Source: Catajapyx aquilonaris (taxonomy: Eukaryota). Taken from it: a stretch of DNA of 44,893 bases. The stretch covers positions 62,001-106,893 of the forward strand of contig JYFJ02000819.1 in assembly GCA_000934665.2 (NCBI GenBank). Direction: 5' to 3'. Shown here one piece after another: positions 11,425 through 23,100 of the stretch. A program made the position numbers and the translations under genes. Under the pieces are notes generated by a model. It did not search any database. It was given only the letters and a program-made list of their open reading frames with translations, and had not been told where the DNA came from. Every line of letters begins with the position of its first letter. The first letter of the stretch is position 1.

Positions 11425-14405
11425 ATAGCAATGCTTTTGCAATAAGTAGTCCTACATAAAATTAATTCACCTAGAAAACTTTCGCATAAGTTCATATGTT
11501 CAATCAGACTTTTAACGAGTTTAATCGGCATAAGTTTTCAGAGTTACGAACTTCATTTTGGCCAAGTTCCACTAAAAGTTTGTATCTGACGCTCCTGAGT
11601 TTTCTTTGACATACGGTGAATGGGGGTGCACCTACTGCGCCCCCCAGTCTTATCACGATGTATGGCCAAAGTCAAACGAATCTAATCTTGAGACAAGATC
11701 GCTTTCAGATCTAGCGAGCCAAATGGGAGCTTAAAAAAAGTGGAGAGGTAGAGAGAGGATGCTGTACATTTAAGAGAAGAGGAGGATTCATCACAGCAAA
11801 TTAAGGGGCAGGAAATGTCTTCAGACCGTGTTGGAATCGAGTTAAAGCACCCATTAAGGTACACTCAGCCAGAGAAAAAGAGTCGAAAGTAATCCAAATA
11901 TCGGGGGATCGCTTTTAGCTGGTAAGGAGTGCCGAGTAGGTAGCAATTACTGTGTCTTATCTACTTGCATATTTATGGCAGAGAGGTGTATTAGAGGGAG
12001 TACTTGATGGCTCGAAAGGAGCTATTCTGCTAATTAGTGACGCAATTTTCAATGGCAAGGTTCAGTAAAAAATGTGCACTTTTCTCTGCAACTAGAAAGT
12101 TTCACCTAAGGGTGCTTGGGTCACCTTACACGAGTAAATCAATATTGGGTCACAATGGGCCATGTTGTTCAATTCAGGGTACTATCAATTTGTCCTCTAT
12201 AGTCTGCAAAACTTATAAATTATGCGACATGCAAGGGACCCCCCTTTAGAATTATGGGAATCTCTTGTCGACCGGAGCCGATATAATTCGCGATTCATGA
12301 GACCTTGAGCTGTTTCATAACCTCCAATGTTCCTTTTCCCTGGAGGTAATTTTGTTTTCCAAATTGCCCCGTACATGTCGTGACACTTGAATAAATAGGT
12401 CGGGCACCTACATATACTCTCATTTTGAAAAATAAAGGGGGGCTAAGTCGATTTTCATGAACGCCACGTTTCACCCCCCTCCTTTTATATACGGAGAGAG
12501 GCCGGAATTATGCATGAATTATGCAAGGATTTTGTGGACGACACGACACTGTTTAAAATTAAGTTCCGCGGAAAACGCCGGTTCTGCCAAATGACGGCAG
12601 TTGCATCGCCGTAAGAGACACTTTGCCGCCGGAGTTATGAGGCCGGACATTTCCCATCAGCTGAAGGCCAACTTCAATTTGCGTTTGTCGGTCGTTAAAA
12701 CCAGGTATTTCGGACGGAAATATATTCGGCCCTAAATTTTCGGAAGTAAGTGAAATCAAACTTACACAAAAAAGGAGGTTCACGAGCAGTCGTTTCTTCT
12801 TCTACCAACCTGAACGGATAATATTGCACATTATTTACACCACATTACGAACTAGTTCAAATTCAACCCAGCAATTTGTGGACCACAAATGGCGGATCGA
12901 GTAGGCCAAACCCACAGTTTTGCAAGAGGAAACATTCATCCTGGAAGTTAGGTAACCATTGCACCTCTTTTGCTTAACTGGTTGCCGAATTGTTAGGGGC
13001 ATACACACTTTACGACAATGCAAACGATACACATACAGAGTGTTCCATAATTGAATCAACTGTTGGAGCATACGAGCACTTGTGCCCAAGAGTTTACTCT
13101 AGAAGTTTTAGCAGAGTCATCAAGAAACATCCTGCCAGGATTCAGTGCGTAGTTCCGGTGCAATTGAGCCCTTTTGGAGTATCTTTTGGGTCCCATCCTC
13201 TTCAGGTTTGAATAGCAAATTAGCAACTGGAAACTGGTAGCCAGTGACTCAGTTGAGAGGTAGGTTTGGCCTTAATCTACTCTGGGGCGGTGTCCACTAC
13301 TTTCATTAGAGGCAGAGGGGGGTGCTCCAAAGCTGCTGTCCACGCCCATAGCCAACAAACTGGTGCAGTTTGAGAGAACTGGTGGAACCAACTGCTGCAG
13401 GGGATACTTTGAGACTCCCAGAGTTCTTTCGTGCGGAAAAAAAGAAGACATTTCCCAAGAGGCTGGCTCAATGAGACGAACATTTGACGCCACTCACTAA
13501 GTAATTAAATTAATTTCTTGATGCACAAACAAGCCCACTTTATTTTGAAAACTTGTGCAAAATATTTTTTGCAGTTCATTTATTGCTGAGAGGGGCACTT
13601 TACCCAATTAAATTACCTTCGTTACTGTAAGGATGAAATTCGAAATATATTGTACCAAACGCAGGTTTTGCAGTTTCAGCAACATGTCGCGAAAAAGTTT
13701 TTGCCCAATTTCAGTTGTGGTTTAGTGGAAGTGTCAGTTAGGAAAATTGCAAAAGCCGTTATTTTCAAGCCTGAAATTTTAGCAACATGCAGTGAATCGA
13801 CTTTTGCACTGTATGTTAGTTTTACCAACAGCTTTAACAGATGTGACACTGCAATGTTACGAACATTGCAAAAACCAGGCATTGCTGCTATTCAGCGATT
13901 TTGGCCTTCCAACTTCATTCGAGTCCTTTTCACTGCTGATCTAAACGGTTTGATGGTCCGATTTCCTGGACTGATTATAATCAAGGGTGTGTTTCAGTGC
14001 CACTGGCTCTATCTAAAGCCGAGGACTTTCTAAAGTATAGGGTTCCGGGTGCTATAGTAGTGTGCGAGGCATGAATAATTCACGTGGTGGCGCCGACGCG
14101 TCCGGTCCTTCCATCCAAAAAGCTAGACAAAAAAAAGGAAGAAGAGAAGAGAGAAAAGAGATGGGTATAGCCCGTGCACAAGGGACCTCTTGAAATGCAT
14201 GGGGCGCATTTACGGACAGGTCCTTGGGATGCTTTGGGAGTCCTCTGGTCGAGAGGTGTTACTCTTACACACTTGGAATCATCCGTCTAACTGCATTTCC
14301 ATCTGATTTTAAGCGGCTAAAGAGGGAATTTACACGGGAAAGAGAATACTATTAAGTGAACAAGTATTTGTTACAAAACTATTACCGTTAAAATAGTGCA
14401 CTACT

Positions 14406-14780
14406 CTCTAAAAAAATTTGAGTGAAATTTTTACGAAAACAATGAGCAGCAATTTCTCAAAATGCTCTTTACGAGTGAATTTCTTTCCTCAAAGATTTAG
14501 TTTACCTCAAATCGACCTGAAAATAATATTACTCGAAAAGAAAAGTGAGAATAATTAGTGGGAGCCTACTTTTTCAGTGAAAGAATCCCACTTCACTCAA
14601 GTTGAGTGGTTTTTCGCTCGAATTGAGCGAAAAATCCACTCAATTTTAGTAGCAAATATATCACTGAAGTGATTGAGTGATTTCCACTCAAAAAAAGAGT
14701 GGAACGAGAGAAATCAAGTATGAGAAAGAGTGCAAATCACTCAAATCGAGTGAAAAAAAAACCACTCGAATTTTTTAGTG
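14406..14780. mobile_element. Degenerate non-autonomous CACTA/EnSpm-like element with many GAGTG/CACTC subterminal repeats
   Basis: The ends ctctaaaaaaatttgagtg and cactcgaattttttagtg are imperfect inverted repeats. The interior is dense in (T)GAGTG and CACTC(A) units in both orientations. Confidence 0.55.
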
Positions 14781-14849
14781 AAGTAACAGTCTGGCCCGCA
14801 ATTTTTTGTCACTACAAATTTTATAGCCTATAAGCTCAGATTACCTTAT

Positions 14850-15021
14850 TATAATATACATAAGAGAAAGTTTGTATGTTCCACTTCCCTCTACCGCCCA
14901 TAGCAACGGGCGGTTACCATAGCAACTGAGTTGCCGTGGAAACGGTGTGTGCATGGCAACGGGGCTTACCATAGCAACTGGATTCTTTGATTCCAGTGCG
15001 AAGAACGGGGTGAACTGCTAG
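14850..15021 (+). mobile_element. Short non-autonomous Helitron-like element carrying clustered CATAGCAAC/CATGGCAAC motifs
   Basis: The 5' end reads tatacataagagaaagtttgtatg. The 3' end is a GC-rich degenerate hairpin (ccagtgcgaagaacgggg) followed by CTAG then T, typical of Helitron termini. Confidence 0.55.
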
Positions 15022-15379
15022 TAAGCTAATGTTTTTAAGCAGCGCAGCGTGTTTGAAAGTAAGCAATAAAAGTCTGAACAGGAATGGAATATTTCAATCA
15101 GTATCGCTGGATACTAATAATATTTTCTTGCTCTCTACACCTTTTGGCTCACACAACAGGGGTACAGGACGACGAAATGAACATGACATATGTGTAATAA
15201 CAATAAATTTTTTTAATTTACAAATCAATTTTGACAAATTATAATGTTTGATACGCTTCTTCTCTCTCACACGTTTTTTAAAAGTCGCTCTTATATAACC
15301 ATCCCACAGGCTCCCTTTATTGTGTGCGCACTTCAACAATGGCACGATATATATATTTTTCGCAGATATTTGTTACATA

Positions 15380-15700
15380 CGGGGAAGGGGGGGGGGGCAA
15401 AAAAACCGGGGCAGGATTGTGTCTGCTGAGTTTTTTTGGGGAGGTGGGGGCAGGGTGGGTGGTTTTGCCCGGGGGTTGGGTGGGGTTGGGAGGAGAGGAT
15501 GGGGGTAGGGTAGGGCCCTTTATTGATCGTGCTGGTTTTGGAGAGTGAGCCTGGGGGGTTGGTAGTCGGGAAATGGGATGGGTGGGTGGGGTAGATATCT
15601 CTCTCTGTGGATGTGGATGTTGGCCTTGGGATAGGCCCGACTCTTCATCAGACGGACCTTGCTGGGTGGGTGGGTGGGTGTACAGGGTGCGGCCCACAGA
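15380..15700 (+). repeat. G-rich (GGG-tract) dispersed repeat with G-quadruplex potential; related sequence in opposite orientation at about 29960-30170
   Basis: There are many GGG(G) runs. The stretch ctgagtttttttggggaggtgggggcagggtgggtggttttgcccgggggttgggtgggg resembles the reverse complement of 30050-30115. Confidence 0.55.
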
Positions 15701-18332
15701 AAATGGTCCTCCTGCCCCTCTGACCTACACTGGTGTTCAAAACGACTCTGTCTGATGAACGGCCAGGGCGTGGATAGCGTTTAAATCGTGGCTGCAGGGA
15801 CCATCAAAAGCTAATAGTTAAAAAGCAGCTCAATTTGATACAGGACTGGATAGGGTCGTTCATAACATAGCGGTTCCATGCTAAAAAGCCAAATGTTATC
15901 AGCTAATATCATGAAAACGCTGAAATTAAATAGTTAGAGAATACAAGCAGCTTATTCCGAACGTTAGTTTGGCACACTCTGCGAAAACAGCTACATTGGA
16001 AACGATTTTAGTAGCCTAACAACTTCAAGATGCGATTTATTTATCTGATCTATTAAACTTTCTAGTTCCCGTAAATCAGCGGCCATGTCCTGCTTATTAA
16101 TTAGAAAAAATGCTTGGAATGCTAACTAAGTTAAAGCTTCGGTCATTGTGACATGCGCAACATGCGGCAGTAGCAGACGAAACTGACGCATGACGTCATC
16201 CGGACTCGTGCGAGGCCTTGAGGCACGTTAAGATGGCGGGAATGATGCTGTTGGTCCAAGCACAGGCAGGTTTGGAGACTAAAATATTAAGGAAAATATT
16301 GGTTAAAATTTTTTTGCAGGATGTTTTAATTATTGAAACTAATAAATTGGAGCAGATATTTGTGGGCTAGCAAAAAATGAACTGCTAATACTTTTGAATG
16401 GAAAGTGTCATCTCAGGGTCTAAATTTTAATAGGCCGAAACATCCGTCATTATTTAGTGGTGAAACAATGCATGCCATTGAACCAAATTTATAATTAATA
16501 TTACAGATAGACCCTAAACACAGAGCTTGAAAAGTGTGCCATAATATTATGACACTCACAGTCAGATCCGAAATTCAGATGGAGCATATGGCGCTTTAAA
16601 ATTACATTAATTTTGTTGATTATGTATGGTCGGCATTATACTGTATATCACGCGTATATGATCTTGCATGTACCACAATAAATATACGGACGGATTGAAG
16701 TTTCTGTTAATTTTTGTTTGTTTGGACAAGACCTGCTACTGTATACAGTGAGTACAAAATTACATTTATACCTTGTATTGGAAGAATTTCTGGGCGCAAG
16801 AGAAAGCAACGACTCCTTGTATGTTCTCACTAACAGTTGCAGTTTAGCAAGTTTAAAAAAAGTCTTACTTCAAGTTCATCAATATGTTTTAATGCCTTAT
16901 TGAAATATCTTTTGTAAGTTGCAGAATATCAGTGAGTTGAAGTTAAGGGCAGTGCGTTTTATTGCTGAATGACAAAACATGCTAAATCATACATGTTAAA
17001 ATTCTGCAATAAGTCAGCAAATATTTGAATCCATCATTGCTTCTGCAAAATATAATTCCGCCGTTCTCATTAGTTAAATATAATTATTTCAGGCGTCAGT
17101 TTCAATGCGGATATTGTTGACGCCAGTTGTAAAAAGTCACGCCATGATTCCAACGCACAGGTGAAAATATAGTCCTAATGTCCGTTAGGCCCTATATTTA
17201 CGCTGCTTCTTACGCGAAAAAAAATTGTTATAAATAAGTGAACTTTTTGAACACCAGTGCACGGTCTATGTGCCAGTTGGCACTAGGTTCGGGCTAAAGT
17301 ATGTACAAAATAAAAAATAATCTCCCAACATTGTTAGGTAAGGAAAAGGGTTAGTACACGCGACGATGCAGGTCTGGCGAAATATTTCAGTGATAATTTG
17401 TCGCTTTATTGGTAAAGGTCGACTTATTGCAAGATCTTGAAAAAAAATTTATTTGAAAGATTACAGCCTAAAATAAATCTAATTTGCAAATAAATTCGTG
17501 CAGATTCACTGACTTGACCCTGTGCATTTATTGCCACATTTTGCGTCACTTTATGTACTTTTGGCGCTCCTGCAACATTTCTTGTACTAGCCCGACCTTA
17601 CATTAATTTTTTGTACCCTTGAATAATTGTCGTAGGGTACTATTTTTTTAATTAAAAAAAGTTTTTCGAACAGTACACTTCGTATTTACAAATTTATTAT
17701 TTAGCATTTTTTTTTGTCATCTCTCATTTTGCTGTCTATGAAGTAAAAAATAAATGTGAAAGCACTGTGCAGACCAAAACGGGTGGTGTGTTTGGCAGTC
17801 TCGGCGCATTTTGACAAAAAAAAAAGGTGGCTAAGTTTACCACGAGCTATAATAATCAGTAATTATTATTACTTTTTCGGCGTTTGAGACAGAGAGATAT
17901 TGCCATGCTACTGGTGGAACATGCGAACAGTACACACGCCATCTTTATAACCCCCCCGTTATAATTCCCATACTCTTTCATTTTTTTTTAACAAGCGAAG
18001 AGCGGATTAAAATTTGATCTAAGCACATCACCTGGAACGAATAGTGAGGGACATGTCACGCAATAATGACTTCTAGTCGACTCTACTACGGTGCAAAGGA
18101 TCTATTACCCCCATCCCTTTCGTCTTTTATTAATTAATTAGTTTTTTAAAAAAGTCTCACTATATTTGGTTGGCCGAGTGCCGAGTGCAGGATTTCGTCA
18201 TATGCGGTAGCTGCGATGAAATAAGTGTCGTATAAGTCGAGGAGGAAACAACTTTCCAGTGATGTCAATTGTTGCGTAATTGCAAGAAATATGTGTGTCC
18301 AATCATTACTTTCAGAAAACAATAATTTACAA

Positions 18333-18567
18333 TAGAGAAATTTTTTTAACGAGCGCAACCTAGTGCGCACCCACACTCGCGCAAGTCCATTTGTTCCCAC
18401 AACAACGTTGCTACAGTTCATAAGGAGCCTAATTCACACCGGTAGCCTCCACAGTGTTGGCAACGTCGAAAAAGTCGGCCATATTGTTACCCCCAAAAGC
18501 GTAGTGTTGGAAACAATTTGCCCAAACTGTGGTGCGCACTCGGTTGCGCACATAAAAAATTCATCTA
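18333..18567. mobile_element. Palindromic MITE, copy 2
   Basis: Arms tagagaaatttttttaacgagcgcaacctagtgcgcacc / ggtgcgcactcggttgcgcacataaaaaattcatcta. It is homologous to 11192-11424. Confidence 0.75.
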
Positions 18568-19720
18568 TATTATTTTAAAATTATTTTGGTAAATTCTGGA
18601 AGATGTGACTTCCTCGGCTTGAGTGCGCAATTATTTCCCTCACTAATCTTCCGACAACACTATTACCTTACATGAGCACTTGTGTGATGACGTCACATTC
18701 ACGTCGCTGATGTCATCAGGCCACTCGACTGACGCACTGTGTATGTGTAGTACGTACGTGTGTGTGTGTGTGATTTGTGTTGTGTCCTCTTTTTATCCTT
18801 CTTGCTAGTCCACCTTTTCCCGTTGGCTCCGTTTCAAAAGTCGTTTTTCATTAGCCGATGGTCATTACAGCACTGCAGGTTATGTCACAAAGCACGGGAG
18901 AAAAGGGGCCACGTTTTTAAAAATCAGTGACACTCGCGAGTTCCACGTGTTCACTAATCACATACAGTGTTTCGTAGCAAAAATAACCATCTGTTGTTTT
19001 TTTTTAAAGATTGAAATTTGCTAAACCAGGCAGCCTCTCGATTTAGACAGTCGCAAGGACAAACAGGGTGTGTGGGTTACTAATAAAATGTGGCTAATCA
19101 GCGCAATTATTTTCTTCGCAAAAAGTGCCCAGTAGCAGGTCACTGGAGGAACGGCCGGTGATGTGTTAGTGTGAAAATAAATGCAAGTGATTTCCGTTGT
19201 GATATGCCAAATAAAATCCAGTCGGTGAGAAAAATCCGTTGAGCAGAAATTTTGCGCACAAATCGGTCGCTCCCTCTCCAATAAAAGCCTGTGACATTTG
19301 GCAATGACGGCTTTTTGAATACGTGATTGGAACTGTGGGGGTAAGGAAAATGTTTTTTTTTTGGTATTCAGACCCACGCAACTTTAACTCTGTTATTTAA
19401 GTTGTGCGGGGAGGTTCGAAAGAGAGAGAGAGAGGAAATTTCTGCATGAATTCGCAACCTCCTCTGGGTTCGAGAGTGGCAGAAATGTATTAGGCATTTT
19501 CCGAGTTGGTGATGTAATCAGACGGAAATTTCCCCGGGGGATGGACCCGCACTCTTAAGACTCTGCAAAATTTACGCCTTTACATTTACACTCTCGACCT
19601 TACTCCTGAAACTGATTCTGTAATTATGTTGCATTGTCTTTTATGTATGGTCCTTGCTCGCCTTTTTCTGTGTAATTTCACTGCAGCTCTTCGCGCAACA
19701 TTGAGTGGAATTTTCGTTGG

Positions 19721-19781
19721 CACTGCTAGTTACTGCTAACTTAGCAGTACTGTAACACTAAGTTAGCAGTAACTAGCAGTG
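19721..19781. mobile_element. 61-bp perfect hairpin or ultra-short CACTG-ended MITE with 2-bp (GG) TSD
   Basis: The 24-bp arms cactgctagttactgctaacttag (19721-19744) and ctaagttagcagtaactagcagtg (19758-19781) are perfect, with a 13-nt loop. GG flanks both sides. Confidence 0.7.
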
Positions 19782-20132
19782 GGACAAAAATTCGAACCAT
19801 TCAAAGCCATTTTTTCTCTCTCGAAGAGTTGGAAAAGTGCATTATGATCAGACTTGTGGAGATTGACTGGATATGAGTGATTTCACAGCTTCATTTGAGT
19901 TATTACTCAGGCTTCTGCTTGCAACTGATGAGTGATGTTCACACTCGTGAGTTTGCTCGTTTCCTCCAGTGACCTCGGCCAGTGACCTTCCCACCCTCTG
20001 ACCCTTTTAAATCCTGTCCTGGAGCGACTAATAGACCACAACTGGCAAGGTCGCTCGTGATCAGATGCTGTCGAAATCGGGCGGACTGCTGTTGGTATGG
20101 TTGACTGCAATGGAAGACGTGGAGGGCAAGGG

Positions 20133-23100
20133 TCATGCGAGCAGGTTGTAGACGACCCTCCTGAGTGCGGTGACCACCTCGCCCCTGAGCTTGGCCGAGG
20201 TGAGCAGCAGCACCACCGGGTGTACCAGGAACTCGCAGTAGACCACCAGGTCGCAGATGAGGATGGCCACAGGGTGCAGGACCCATCCTCTGAGTCCGAC
20301 CACCAGCATGGCAGGCAGGTAGAGGAGGAAGTGGCTGATGGTGATCAGGAAGGAGGTCAAGGCGCTCTTCTCCAGTCGGCGGTAGTCCAACAGACGGACG
20401 TTGGTGATGTTGTGCACTCGGGCCTGCTTCTTCCGGAGTGAGACCATCACCAGGATGTAGGCCACGGTCAGACCCACCAGTCCGGCGCAGTACCCGGTGA
20501 AGATGACCAGGAAGAAGGCCACGGGCAGATCGGGTATGCAGAGGATGATGGCCGGCTCGAACACAGCTCCGAAGCAGTAGGTGACCAGTCCTGCACACGC
20601 GAAGGACACCAGCCAGGTCAACACCACCAGGGCCATCACCAGCTCTATTCGAAGCAAGGGGTACCTTCCGATAGGGAGGCACGCGGCCAGGACGCGGTCA
20701 ACCTGAAGAAGAAACAATCACAAAAGAAAGGTGCGGGTCAGAACATCAAAATACGGCGGTTCTATAAATACTATAGTAGCGGACTCGTTGCCAAATTTTG
20801 GCAACACTGCCATGCAGTCCTCCACTTGGACGTAGTACGATATGCCACTACCAGTTGGGGCATAGGCCTAGCATAGGCTGTCCCTCTGCGCACTATTTCC
20901 GTGCTTAGCGGGAAAGTAGTACTATACATGCACGTTGGTGATGAGTCACCGCACGGACAAAGCCTACCAGGGTGCTACTTGTACAACCAGCGCGTTGAAA
21001 TGAGTCCCACCCTCTCTGACATCTATATGTCCTCTAATAATATTGCTGAACGGGGAAAGTGAAAACTATGGTAACTACTACCTAGGCGATGAGCCAACAC
21101 AGACATATAAACAGACAGACAGAATAAGGGAATTAGTAAATAGTATCGAAAAACGCGAAATGAGCGAAGCGAGTGCTTTTCTATACGCCTGCGCCTTAGA
21201 AAAATGCGGGCGAAGCGAAGGTTTTTTTAAAAGTCTTAACCTATTAAAACACAGACAATCACGCACCGTCACTCGCCGTCACGCATCGTCACGGACCATA
21301 TACAAGCGTGCCGTGTTCCGTCACGCCAACCTACTCGCCAAAAACTAGTGCTGGCTAGTCACCAACAACAAACTTATCATGATGATGTCATAATCAGTAC
21401 GCTTGTGGACAAGGTGAGATTGAGACATTTTACTATACCAATTTTATGCCTGCAGTTGCTCACTACACCTTACTGCTCACTATTTTGTCAATTAACATCT
21501 CAGCAGCTTCTTTGCAAAGTAAGAGATAAGCTGGTAGGTTGTAAACAATTATTCACTAGTTTCCACAGCCAGCTTTTTAAACATTTTTACTGCGGGTAAT
21601 TAAATAGGGCATAAAAATCTCGGCGGGTCATAATTTCATTAGAACACCCACTTTCTTTGAGAGCAGTCATAATTCTAGTCTGAAGACTACCCAGCTCTGT
21701 TGTATAGACCCGCAACCTCCGGTAGATTTATAGCACAACCTACACACCACAAAAAAAAAGTCCGCCTTTTCTTCTCTCGTGCCCCTGAATGACGCTTTCA
21801 TTTTGGCTCAAGGGCTTGTATTTTGAGGATTTTTGCCAGCTTGAGGACAATGCAAAAAATTGGCGACTCTTTTTTTTATGTGTGGGTGTATTTCCAAAGC
21901 CCTCTTTCAACTCCTGTGGTAACGATGTCATCCAGGCGAGTGTTATCATGGGAAGAACAAGGTAATCAGCAATGATCGTTTGATGTTATTTTATTCGACC
22001 TTGGATCCGGGCCAAAGGCAAGCTTCCCCCCGTATAAATTTGGGGGGAGGCTGTCGGAACATGCTCGTGTTTCATGGTCCTCGGAGGAATAATCAAAAAC
22101 TTTTTGTGACTCTAAAAAAGAGAGAGAGAGAAGGGCCAGACTTTCACCTGTGATGCGCAAAGTTAGGCCCAAGTAGGGCGAAAATTTTAGGACCAGTCTG
22201 CAGGGGACTATGGTGAATTTATGGACCAAACTTACAGTTCTAAACTTCCGGTGACGGTGTGTGACTTTTGCGCTTTGACAATCTGCATGACTTAATGAAG
22301 TCTTAAGCAAAATTAATGGGAGGAGCATGATAACAAAAGTGAACGCAAATGTTCTGTGCATTACTTGAATATATTCGACCTACCCCACTGTAGTGCCATA
22401 GTTTGATGGAAAAAAGTACCTCAAAGTATACGAAATCCTACAGTGTACTATGGTATTCTGAAAATGCTCCGCTAAAGCATAGGAACTATACATAGAACAG
22501 TAGAAATGCGAATAATTTCTATGGCACAAATTATTCGGCACAAGTACGATCTTGAGATTCTCGGGATTGCTCGTTAAATAAAATTGCGACGAATTAAGCG
22601 AAACGTGCTGCGATAATCAGCCAACGGAGCAGAAAATATTTTTAGGTAATTGTTCGGACGATAATGGCATCATTATACCTTCTCCTCTCTAATACTCGAC
22701 TATATCCAGTGAGCCGGCAGAATTTCTTGCGATTTCTCATTTCTCTTGTTCTTATCTCTAATTTTGGGGCTATGCACGAAATTTGCGACAAAAGGAGGTG
22801 AGACGTGATGCATGTGGCGCAGTCTAGACGGCAGCAGAGCTAGTGAGGCAGAAATTATTCGATAAAATGTCCGCCTCGCTTATGGCATTCTCAAACTTCA
22901 CTTGAGTTCTCTCTACTTGGAAACTGGAGCACACAATTCTACGAAGTGGTATTGTGCCAGAAATTTTGATGAACAAGCTAATTTTTTCTGTTAGAAACGT
23001 CGCAACTGGCTAGTTGATTGCTAAAGAAAGGCAAGTTGTGGACTACATTGAAAGGTCAAGTAGATTTCTGAAGTATCAATAACTTCTATTAAATCAAAAA

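Noticed and set aside
14406..14780. Repeated short motifs suggesting a CRISPR-like array
   Set aside because: There is no constant repeat-spacer period, and the context is eukaryotic. They fit transposon subterminal repeats.
15317..15697. Pro-rich 126-aa ORF
   Set aside because: It is an artefact of the G/C-tract repeat.
20133..20300. GPCR as a possible opsin
   Set aside because: There is no TM7 lysine at the retinal-binding position (Tyr instead).
19939..20682. 247-aa ORF, plus other overlapping ORFs at 20097-20441, 23254-23592 and 23287-23817
   Set aside because: These are shadow frames of the GC-rich GPCR exons with no independent protein features.
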